Shown here piece after piece: positions 25,328 to 47,589 of a stretch of DNA of 64,000 nucleotides. The stretch comes from Trichoplax adhaerens (lineage: Eukaryota; Animalia; Placozoa). The stretch's first letter is position 1. Each line of letters starts with the position of its first letter. The position numbers and the translations under genes are program-made. The stretch covers positions 7,122,299-7,186,298 of the forward strand of contig NW_002060943.1 in assembly GCF_000150275.1 (NCBI RefSeq), read 5' to 3'. The notes under the pieces are model-generated. The model had not been told where the DNA came from. It did not search any database and was given only the letters and a program-made list of their open reading frames with translations.

Positions 25328-28300
25328 ATGGGAAGGAAGAAGAAAGTCCACGGTAATTATCCAATACATCAATTTATCAGCAAAGATTTCTTTCTAACTT
25401 TCAATATTATTCTAGCTCTAGTCTATTATCATTTTTTTGCCTGTCTTCACTTTCTAGCGCCTTTTGTAGTTTGATGTGTACGATATGCTACGTAAGACAA
25501 TGGAATAGCTTTCTCTCTTGTCTATAGTACTTCAATTCAAAATACAGTATATTACTCAACTATGGCTAATACGAATAGTAGTGGAAATAGATAGATCCAT
25601 TTCATGTTGGCTTCATCGATAGCCTTGGATGGCTTTCTTTCTCTTTCGATATGCTTTGCAATCTACCTCAATCAATCGGATTGCAAAGAGTCCATTGACA
25701 CTGGATGGAAAATCATATCTAATTCCATCTTTTGTAACTACTTTGTTGAAAAGAAAATGAATCTTGGATCAAAATGATACCTCGGACGCTTGGCGTAGTA
25801 CGACCATAGTACAAGCATGGCTAGTAAATTGACAGCATTAGCTTTCATCATGCTAGTCAAGTTACATTCATTTCCATTCTAGCTCATCCATACATGATCA
25901 TGTACAACACCAAAAGCGGTAGAAATGACCGACGAATAGTCATAGCCAATTCAATAATGTACTGTTTGGTACTAAATTGTTGGACATCTTTCTTATTTTC
26001 CTATTGTTGATTCTAGTAACTTTCCTTTTCTATACAATCTCAGATGACTTTTGTCTCAGTTGTAATAACTAAAAAATTGCTTTTTTATTCCATGACTGAT
26101 TGGCTTGAAAGAGTACTGATGAGAAACAGTTTATGCCATCATGCGGTTAAAATCTCTCATTTTCAATTTTTTTTTTTCCTCACTTTTTTTTCCTTTCTCC
26201 CACTCTTGTCGTAGCTGACTGCAATAATGCTAGCGATAAACAAGAAAATCCGTTGGAACTCGTTTTCGTCGCTCAATACATGCGCTTAAATCAAGAAAAG
26301 TATAAATTTCAACCAGTAACTCCAACTGTAAGTCATTTAAAGTTTTTGTGTCTGTTCTTTTTTTGAAGAGAGAGGGGGGGGGGGGGGGGAGATTGAAATC
26401 GTCGACACGGTTAAATGAATTATGGTACGCAACAACTGAGCTAATGATAGTGTGTTATTGTCCATGAAAGATTCGCATGTTGTAAAAAAACGTTTATACA
26501 ATTTACATTCAGACAGTTGTAGTTTTCAGTGCTAATTCAATGCCCGATAATCAGACAGTAATGTATCATAGTTTACGATATCGCCCACATACGTTACAAC
26601 TATTAACTTCTTCCACTTCTAACCTTGTAATTGTTTCATAGCTTAAAGTAGGATAACATTCTAAAATTTGGTGTTAATCGATATTAAAATAGTTCAAACT
26701 TATTATCTCTGGAGTGCTACATTAATGTAAAGATGTTAATTTATAACATCAATACTATCGTTGACCTGAATTTTGGGCAGTATCAACTGTAAAGGCATCA
26801 CGGAAACGATGCAAAATACTCAGTAATAGTTCCAAACTTATTCAAAGCCATTTTATCCATGTTGACAAATCTGTTGCAATACCACTAGAACTTTTCATTA
26901 ACACTTTTGACTACTGTCCTGAGTGTCTTCTCTTATGTAGTCGAAAAGTGTTGCCTTCAATCGATGATATTATGCTGCTATCGAAATGATCGCATCCTGT
27001 TGGATACAATACTACAACTATTGCTATATCGGTATACTCCTGTTGATAATCTATGCCGTTTATGCTGCTTTTGTTGCCCTAATTCATGACTGTACCATGT
27101 GTTTATTAACTTGTATATACAGTACTTACCTACAAAGTAGTACTACTCTACATGAGAAAGAAAAAACTGAATCCTCTCTATCGTCATGTTTTTACATCTG
27201 ATAAGGATAAAGTCAATTCAACTATTACTGCTACGTCCCTTTTTTTGCTCAATATTATTATTATAAGTGTTGTAAAACATGTTTATCCGTTCCATTTTGA
27301 TAGGAATTGCTGCATGCCTTGTCGCTGTCGGATAGTTCGGTTATAATTGACACTATTGTCAAACTACTAGGAAGTATTTCTGCCCGCGACCGCGAGACAA
27401 TGTAAGAATAGATAATTAAGATATAACTTTTGTCGTTAATTTCAACATATTATGAAAATAGCCAGCTTCTGATTTTCACCATAACATGTCACATCTTGAA
27501 TGTATTAATCTACAACGATATATCATCAGGATTGAATAACGAAACGCAGATTAGCTACGACTTAATTGAATAGTTAAAATCAATGTTATACTTATTGAAC
27601 TAGTATTGTCCAGCTCAATTTTGTTACTACATATGTGATCTTTGATTGAAACACTTCAATGACCAAAAATGTGCTCAACTTACGATATTGTTAATACGCA
27701 TATCAGTCCATTTTCAACCGTTATGTGCAATGTGTAGTTCCCTTATCGTAGATCTAGTTTAAGATTGGATTTAAGAATCATGATGCACAGTATAATCTTT
27801 CTTGAGCCATTTTAATGTACAGTATACTGTACAGTACTGTACACTTTCTTGGCATCAAACGACAGGCTCTACTGGACTCTGACGTTTACTGTAGAGCGTA
27901 GACGATTTAGCCCTAACATCAAATAGTACATAAGCAAGTGTAATCCTTTTGGCTTATCACTTATGTTAATCCGTTGGTAGAAAACGTTGAAGCAAAGTGT
28001 AGCAATATAGGCGAACGAGTAATTTTATCCTTGTATATAACTTAGTAAATCATCATGGCAGTCAGATTTATCTGAAGTGCTTGAAGAGCAAACTCACCTT
28101 GGAAACTTATTGAAAGAGAAAAATTTTCAGCAATTGAAAGCTAACGACAGAGTAAGTGATACATTGTAAATTATTTTCCAACTAAATATTCTGAAAGCAT
28201 TTCATTGCTTTTTGTTTCTTTTTCACGTCCCAATTTTTTTTTTTCCCCCCTTAATACCGATGGCTTATTTCTCTATCCTGTCTAGTTCTTAATCCTACTG

Positions 28301-31300
28301 TATAATTTTTTAATTTTCTTCTGTATCTGTTAACACTTGCTTTCTTATTTTGTCATGCAAACCCTATCTTTTGTCTCGTCAATAGACCACCACTGTTTAC
28401 CTAGTAATCTACTGTCTTGTCGTCGAGTTTACAAACATAGTAGTATGTTAATGTAAAACAGTCGAAATTGAGAATGCCTAAGATTGTTGCTCAAGTTATT
28501 CCATTTCTAGCAGCAGTCAAAGTAGAAAAGTGCGATCTACTACATCAATAGCACAATGTTACTGAACTTATTTGACTATGGAATCATGATGAGTTGTTCA
28601 TGTAAAACTGCTTGGAAATCCTTTCAGCTTTACCAGCAGTATCATTTGTCCTATGTATTTCCCATCTATCTCGACTCTAGCATAATCTTGCTGTTCTCAA
28701 GTTTAATGAATATCAACACTATCCTATGCAGTTATTATGAGCTAGCGTATTATCATTCATTGTCTAGTAGTCATTAGAAGAAAAAATTCAAACTAAAAAT
28801 GTCGGAAAAATTTTCTTTCTCCATCGTCTCGTCCTCACTTGTCATGATTGCAACATGTACTATAACTATGATGAACAGCGGGACACTAGTACCGTATAGA
28901 TTGTACCCTGATGTATGGTAATATCCAGTATAGCACTTTATTGTCACGGTCGGTCAACCTCCGGATGGTAGGACAGACAGGACTAGACAATGTGCTCGTG
29001 ACCAATTCTGCTGAACTATCATACTACGGAAAATACCGATAATGCCTAGTATTTTCTATACAGTAGTATAAAACGTAAGCCATCGTACGCCACCACCATG
29101 ACACCAAATGCAGACAGTCTCAATGTCTGGCCTCTAGCGGTCTACTCAAGTACGCGGGGAATTTCATGTTTTGCTCATGCTCAGCGTGATATTAAAGGAG
29201 GGAAAAAAGGATCTTGATGACTACTGAAGAAATAGATGGGCTGCCTGTGATTATTTTATTATGAATAAATTAACTCCACAATATTATTAAGTCAACATTA
29301 AGGTAATTTTAGACAATTTCAATAGCTACAAGTTAAAAGAACATCTAATACTGAACGTTTCCACTTATAACGTAGAGTACAAAATAGCACGATTTATCTT
29401 GAATTGCATTTTTGTACTAGTATTGAACAGTCTTCATCGATCGAGTTGCTATGGAGTAGAAAGGTATATACAGTAGCTGGCAGGACAATATTTTAACTGA
29501 TTTGTACAATACGATACTTATAGGCTATGTAATATTGAAATACGATCAACTGATGGCGTCTAGAATTACATCAGTGTGTGTGTGTACTTTCTGTTTGTAT
29601 TGTCTTTAGTAGTCTTAAGCTTCCTGAGCAAACTACTCCACCAATTTTCGTTACAAATTGGATGTATAGAATTTAACTTTTGCATAAACATAACTGCAAA
29701 TGGATCGCTTTTCATTGATTATCTACAATCTTAAATCAAGTTGTTGTCGATAAAGACAGTCATAAATGGCTCGTCAATTAAAATTTTGTGGATAGATGGA
29801 CTAACTTTACTGTCAATAACGTCTACGGCGAAATGAGGATAGTACTGTACAGCATTGATTTTGTACACATAATTTGTTCATCCTACGTTTATAGAAAATC
29901 TGACAACGATAAATGAAAATCCTATTCATGTCCATTTGATTCCAGCATAAAATGCACGATTTGTAGAAAAATTGAGGAAATTTCTTAAATAGACAGACTA
30001 TTGATGGTATTAATAATATTTATTACACTTTTCTCGTAGTCATCATCAATAATTTGCATGTTGTATTGCGTTATTGATATGCAACTTGGATTACTACAGT
30101 ACACAAATGACAATTCATTTATATTAGAATTATCAGTAACCAATCTTGTAAATATACAACGAATCACTTACACACTTATAGTATACTCCACGTGGCTGTT
30201 ATAGAATAATATATTATTACTATTATTATTATGTAATTATTGTTTGCTCTACGCTAGCTAGTTTATCATTTCCAAATTTTGGATACTTCTTTCGAACTTA
30301 AAAAAATCCTATTACTGTTTACCAGTTGTCTGTACTTGAATTGCTCATATGGTTGAATATAGAAGCGAAATCGGAAGACTTGCATCAATTTGCAATTGAT
30401 AAAACGAACGGTGTTGCTGTAAGTTATCATTTATGTCAATTGTTTGGGTGAAAGAAGGAAAGATATCTTTACCTAGTATCTCTACTTTCTTCCTGTAATG
30501 ATAGTAAATAATTTAAATTCGATTATTGAAACAAGGAATCGAGCAATGTATAACATCAAAATTTTTATAATTGATTGTAAATTAAGAGGGTCCAACCTGT
30601 TGGCCATGATTCGTCCGATAATAGTTATTGGTATTTAGGAGGTAAGTCATTAATATGATTGAAACAACTAGACATAAGCTTAATGTAGTACTTATAACGG
30701 TAATTGATATCCTCTGACGTCTTGTGTACCATGTTGAGATGTTTATTATCTTTCTTAATATTTTATTAATGCATTACCTGTATAATGTACTGCAAGAAAT
30801 GTCAAATCCTAAAATCCATTACTCTACTGTACTTTTACAAATTACTTATTAACGTTTCTATCAAGATTATTTTTGAAAGATTTTAAGAATTAACGTATCA
30901 CCTTTGATTTATTAACCATGTTAGGGAGTAAAGTCTTTAAACAATCAGCTTCTAAAAGAAGTCGTAATAAGTAAGATGTCAATTTATATTATAACATCTT
31001 AGTAATTGATATTACCATTAAAGTTTCTTATTGGATTATATAGATGGGAAGTGATTTGTGCTACTATTGACGACTGGAAATCAACATCGAAGTAATGCTA
31101 TCTCCAGTTTTCATAACCTATTTCATTTATAAAGTACAATATCTTCTCTACTACTAGTATTAACAACATGTTTCCATTCTAATAGAAAATTTTGTCGACA
31201 TTCTGGAGAGAAAGAAAAAAACCTAGGTCAAGCTATGAGTACTTTAATTCCTAAAGTTACAAAAATTCTAGAGGTAAAACCACTGGTACTATCAAGTAGA

Positions 31301-33969
31301 TGCTTTATCTAACCTTTTTAATCGTTTTATTTTTTGTTTATGATATAGAGTCGAAAAAAAAGGATAGCAATTTCAACATCAAAGCCAAATAAAGCTAAGA
31401 TGACGCGAGTAAGTTCTAGCTTTTATTGCAGTTATCTTAATTTATTTAAAGAAGAACTGTTATGCTAAAAAGCCATAGCCTAATGGGTCGCTATAGAATA
31501 CTATGTTGATATAGTTCAAATCTGGAGCCCTTTGAGTTGTCAAATCCGTTATCGTCATCAGTAACATTTTTTGTCATCATATTCACTCTAGGAACGAAAT
31601 AAAAACGCTGATACGCAAGAAAATGCAAAAGTTAGTTAAAGCTATCTCTTGAAAATAATTTAAGCCTAATTTCACTATTTTGTTACTATTTTCCATAATC
31701 CATATAGTTATCGTCTGTTTATTTACTCATAGTAAACTTATATATATGACAGCATCTGTATAATTGTCAAATAGTAAATGAATAATTCCTATATACGTAT
31801 GATTGATTATGCTTTTAATTGTTTATTCATTTCTCCTTTATTATAGAAATCAGAGAATGTACACCAACCTCAAAAGAAGGCAAAAAAAGTATATAACAAT
31901 TTATCACTCTAACTGTATTAACATGATAGTTAAAAGTATCTAATTGCAATTACATTCTAATAGGGAAAAGCTGTCAAATTAGTAAAAGAAGAAGATATTG
32001 AGAAGCAGGAATCGACAGACGATAATGTAAACAATCTTAAAATGAAGTATTAGCTGAAAGAAAATCGGATCATATTTGATGGATTACTTTGTTGTACCTA
32101 TAGGAATTTTCCGTTCCCGAAGATCTTTTATTTGATGCATCTCGTAGGAAACGTAAATGTGTCTTACAAAAGCAAAAGCAGAGTAAGGTTTGGTGGGATG
32201 AATTGTCAGATAGTGGAGAAGTATCCGCTAGTAGTGAAGGTATATTGTCATCAATTTCTTTTATGTAGCAAATGTTTACTAGGTACTTTTAGGAAATATC
32301 AGAAATAATAGCATGTAGTACTTTCTATTCCTGGAGATTGATTTTACGAATATTTTGTAGAAGCCTCTGACAGTGAGGGTGAAAAAAAGTCAAAACGAAA
32401 AAAAAATAAAAAGAAAGAGAATGATGTATTTGTTGAAGATACCGACAAGGCTTACATTTTCACTTCTAGTATTGCTAATGATGCTGCTGAAGCCGTCGAT
32501 GAAGGACTATTTGATAGCATCATACATTATCATCACGTAAAACACGGTCAGCCAAAGACTAACACTTCTATATCAACCGCTAATCAGATTCCATCTACTA
32601 GCCAAGCTAATTCTAATAGTCAAAATCATGGACACGATCGTTCAACAACAAAAACGTCGTATAATCCAAACAGCTCAAGTCATAGAGGAATAATTGGTAT
32701 TAAGATTATTTTAATTTTATTTTATTTTAACCTAAATCATTAAGTAGTGTGATATTGATAATACAACATAGATGTGGTAATTTATAAAAGTCATACACGT
32801 AAATATTGAAATTTTTTACTTTCAATTCAGATGAGTATCAATGGCATCCATATCACTCTGCTCAACAACAACAAAATACTGTACATCAACAACAGCCAAT
32901 GGTCATGCATGGACCAATGGAGGACATGATGCTTGGCTATGGAATGTATCCTCATCAAACGACAAATCCCAATGACATTTATCAACGCCCATCGTACCAA
33001 CCGGCTTCGATGTATCAACCACAAATAGGTGAATGGAGTCACCAAGGCCAGTTGGCTTCACAAAATGCACCGATACAAAAAATGTTGCATGGTGTAAATT
33101 ATCCTGCATCTCAGCAGCGTATACCTCAAATGATGCCTACTCAACAGCAAACGTCGCATTATTTAGGTAGTAATGAACAAGGGGGACCTTTACCTGGACT
33201 TTTATATTCTACACATTCACCTCTGCATCGTCCTGCCGAACAGATATTATCTCGGGACCCTACGAAAGCTACAGGTACAGCATCAACAACACCTGACAAT
33301 AGCGCAACCGGAAGTCAAACGACGAGTGGAGTACAAGACAGCCCTAATATCGTCCCAACTACTACAGATTCTCAATATTACCCAACACAAGGTATAAATC
33401 AACAGCCTGTTGGAAATAGGCTTTCGCAAAGTCAGCAATGGCAAGCCTATCCGATGTACATGCCCCAAGATCAATGGCAACATTACCAACATACACAAAT
33501 AGGAGGTATGCCTGGCATGCCTTCAGCAGGTTTTGAATATCCTGTTAATCCATCTCAATTCTCAACTACTGCTAATGATCCTAGTATGCCGTCAATTCCT
33601 AATTCTAATGCTCATCCTAATAAATATGCTCAAGCTATTGATAAGGATCGACATCGTTCTGCGCAGCCGTTTTCGGTTGAAGGATTTCTATCGACTAAAG
33701 ATGGTAGTTACCAACAGTCATCTGCTGTTGGCCAAAATCAGCTAGCACCATCAACCTTTCATTCTCAATCTGCAACCACAACTAATACATCTTCGTCTTA
33801 TCCATACCATTTGCAATATCAGTCCGGATATGGAAACAATCCCAATTTTTATCAACATTTATCGAAAGAGCCGAGCGGTAATTTTACTAATGCTTCATCT
33901 ATGGCACCTAATAATAACTATTCTTCTTTACCAGAGGTTGCTCTGCCAAAAGAAAATAACACTATGTAA
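25328..33969 (+). CDS. DDT/WHIM1-2-3-type (CECR2/RSF1-like) ISWI-accessory chromatin protein with K/E-rich linker and Q/P/Y/S/N-rich C-terminus; ~15 exons
   Basis: Phase-consistent exons: 25328-25352 (MGRKKKVH), 26215-26327 (PLELVFVAQYMRLNQEKYKFQPVTPT), 27304-27401 (ELLHALSLSDSSVIIDTIVKLL), 28046-28151 (SWQSDLSEVLEEQTHLGNLLKEKNFQQLKANDR), 30326-30418 (LSVLELLIWL), 30587-30641 (RVQPVGHDSSDNSYWYLG, WHIM2-like), ~31044-31090 (WEVICATIDDWK, WHIM3-like), further small exons, and a terminal exon 32831-33969. Confidence 0.75.
26374..26389 (+). repeat. G16 homopolymer in intron 2 of the DDT-WHIM gene
   Basis: 16 consecutive G in an AT-rich context. Confidence 0.9.
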
Positions 33970-35306
33970 AGGGAGCATCATAAGGGACTACTACATTGAA
34001 AATTTACGATTATAACTAGATACTTTATCTAATATCAGCGCTTACTTTTTTCATCTCGATTGTTGCGCTATTATTCTTAATTTTATTTTCTCGAGGCGCA
34101 GCCTCAAAACAACTTTTTCGAAAGTTTGATAGGTGTACATGGTAATGGTTTTAGTGCAGCTTTTAAATCTTAGCACTGCTACTAATTCATGCTATAAAAA
34201 GTATTATAGTGTATGTTATTCGCCCTCATCAGTGGATCGTTTCTCGGTAATTTGTAACTTATTTGTAAATACTTTGAATACGATCACTTAATTTAAATCA
34301 AAGCAGCTATATTGTAATATTTGGTTCTTTGGAAGGCTGGTAACAATGTGCCAACATATAAAAATCTTATAGAATTAAGCCAATCATTTTTTAAGGCCGT
34401 ATTTCTCACAAATTATTGCAAATAATAATGGGCACTTTATCCTCAGTATTTGTTTCAACGATTAATCACTAGATTATTTTACACACAGTATTGTGAAATA
34501 GAATTTAAAGGTAATATACAGTACACAATATTGATGTAACTGCCGTGACGTACAATATATGCGCCTCTAAAAATCTTCGACTAAGAGTTAAGTATTACAC
34601 AGCCTTATCCTATAGCAAATCGACTGCAATAATCATTTTCCTTCCTTTATTATTTCCAATAAATCGTTATATAAATTATATAAAATCGATCTTTAAGATT
34701 TAATATGGTTGTCGATTCTAAATCTAAATGAGAGTGATCCCTTGCGATCGATATTCATAATTCTATAGTCAAATTAGTGATCTATTGTTGAAAAAACAGT
34801 GCACAGAACAAACTATAGATTGATTAATCTTTTCTAATAGACTTACTATCATGTAGTGTCAAATTGTGACTATATACAATACCCTAGATCTCGTAGCAAT
34901 GTAAAATAAGGTAAATCAATTCTAAATCGTAAAACTGACATCAAAATCATGCTAAATGTCGCCATTGTATAGCATATAGAGGCTGCATGGTAGTTCAAAT
35001 TACTTTTAGTAACACCAGGATAGCAATTAAGAGCCGCAAAGACAACCTGTAGAACAATAGACACTTCCACATAACACATTACGACAAGCATGATGGTATT
35101 TAGGTCACATAAATTAGTAAAGGTATCTGAGTTTGAGTCAGGTAAATAAAGCTTCATAGGTATACCGTAAGTACAAGATTCGCTCTCTTGACAAATACCC
35201 CGTTGTTTTAGATAATGAAGGAAGAATATCGATACTAGACATAAGATATCTTCGGTCAAATTTTTGTAGTAGTAGATGTCACTAAATTTAGAGAAAAAAA
35301 TTTAAA

Positions 35307-38241
<2,935 letters not shown>

Positions 38242-39348
38242 ATTGGCCAAGTATTCATTTGTTCCTTGAACGATAGTTCAGAAACTATATCAATGTTCAA
38301 TTTAGAAGGCAGTCGTAGTAATGAGTTGGAAGCCTGGCCTGTCGTGAAGTTGAAATATGGATAAATTGAATTATCTGCGTATGCCACAAAATAGACGTTG
38401 CTAGATAACTTGTAAATTGTCCAATATTGTACCTCTACAACAGATAAACTTATAATTTTATTGATGTATGTTTATAAGGCACTGCTATATAGTAGTTGAA
38501 TTCTTTTCAGTCCTTGGATGGATCAATATCAAGCGAGAGAAAGGCTAGAAGACGATTTGGTTTCCTTAGTTACTCCGTTAGTGAGGTACAGTTCTGCAGA
38601 TGCTGAAATATATTTTGAATTTTCCTTAGACGTTGTGCTTCAAACTGGACTAGGCTACAGAAATTACTGGTTACACTATAGTACATTAGTACTGGTTTGA
38701 GTAGTATACGTGTGATACGTGGTTGAGCTGCCTCAGTTTAGCGTACCTTATACGAGAATATTAACTGCGCTAATAAAATGAATGAATACACTAGTAAATT
38801 GGCACTGGTTTGAGTACTATATCTATCGTGCAAATTGGCTGCCTCTGTTTGGACTTGAGTTTAACATCTTAATGCGCTCTACTGCATATTTTTATGCACA
38901 AACATTTGTAAAGGCCATGGAGAGTCACTTAGGTGCCATTGCTCTCCTTCTCTTTCATTAGTTTTGTAAAAATACAGTAAATATCGACAATCTATATACT
39001 AACTGGTAGCCACTGTGCTATACTGCATTGCGCAATACTAGGATTGGACCTCTAGAGTACGCTATACGCGGTTCGGTACTACAGCAGTAAAAAGAAAATC
39101 GAACATTTCTTTTCAAAATACTTCCTCGAAAATGGAAATAATTTTGAAATTAAAATTATTTTCATATCGTAGTGGTCAAGATTCGATTATTCATTATTTC
39201 ATATTATAATAAATGCATGCAATAGATATTTTAAATTCTTTCCTAAGCAGAATCTCTACTCTTTTTACATTATGTACAGTAATATGCACTTGTCGTCTGC
39301 TATAGAAAACCTGCCTGATATGCTAGCCCATGTAAAAGAAGCCCCCAA

Positions 39349-39532
39349 CGATGACATTACTTTTGCTAGTCAGTCATCGCTTACGGTCATCAAGTCATGG
39401 ATTTGTTGCTAATGGGTATGATACGGCGCCACACTAACACCGGTGATATACGGTACCCCCACCATATTCACGTATTACAACAAAGTGTAGTGTCACCGAT
39501 ATCACAAATCGCTAGCAAAAATGATGTCACCG
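39349..39532 (-). ncRNA. Candidate structured RNA: long nested hairpin, family unknown
   Basis: A 21-bp outer stem (39349-39369 with 39512-39532) encloses further nested stems. Most non-Watson-Crick pairs read as G-U on the minus strand. Confidence 0.45.
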
Positions 39533-40252
39533 GCGTATCTAATCCAATTTCTACACATTACCTACGTCCTGGAATTCATTCCAAATCGGATTCCCGCTAT
39601 AGTTATAAATAGTCCTGGCTTTCCCTATTTCGATTTGATTGATTGTTAATCGATAATAACTCTGTTGTTCATACTAATTATATAATATTTCTGATTTGAA
39701 AAAATAAAGATGTTGATTGATTTATTATTAAATTGGTTTGAATTGGATATGAAATACAAACGCTTATGCCACTCAACTCAAGGGACTACGTCACCACATT
39801 ACGAATTCATCACTATGGATAATATTATTACTTTTATAAAGATGATCGAGTAATCGATTCTAGTTTCTATTTGATGGCCGACAGCAGTGAGGTAACAGGT
39901 GCAGAACGATCATTATACAGAAATTATATCATACGAGCCCCTCGCGCACCCAGTCATACCTTAGAAATGAACAAAAAGAAACAATCTTCTCACCGACTAT
40001 CGTGTGCTACCAGTCTGTATAGAGAAACTGGAAAACTCTATTGTACACAGTTCCATAAATATTGTCCTCAAATAGCATTTACAATTCGTATGTGCATCTC
40101 GTTTAGCTATTCTATGCAGCATAATATTGTCAGAAACTACTAAAGAGAGAAGATATACAGTACTGTATAGTGTATATATAATAGACTTGACATTAGTGTA
40201 GTCGCCATAATCATTGTACTACGCATGTGCAACTGAAACATTGCTGGTCATC

Positions 40253-40265
40253 GTATCCAGGATAC
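40253..40265. promoter_or_regulatory. RFX X-box-like palindrome GTATCCAGGATAC just upstream of the KIF3B ATG
   Basis: Palindrome resembling the X-box family, 14 bp before ATG 40279 of an IFT motor gene. Confidence 0.6.
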
Positions 40266-40278
40266 CTAAAGTTGAAAG

Positions 40279-47589
<7,311 letters not shown>

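Noticed and set aside
32827-34015. Antisense and alternative-frame ORFs over the Q/P-rich exon
   Set aside because: Shadows of the real 32831-33969 exon.
39300-39620. Pol III gene, RNase P/MRP, SRP, U snRNA or telomerase RNA identity for the hairpin
   Set aside because: An internal T5 run would stop Pol III, and no CR-I/CR-V pair, SRP helix 8, snRNA signature or TAACCC template was seen.
39397-40143. ORFs 39397-39612 and 39871-40143 as genes
   Set aside because: Short, with no recognisable homology or splice support; they lie in the divergent promoter region.
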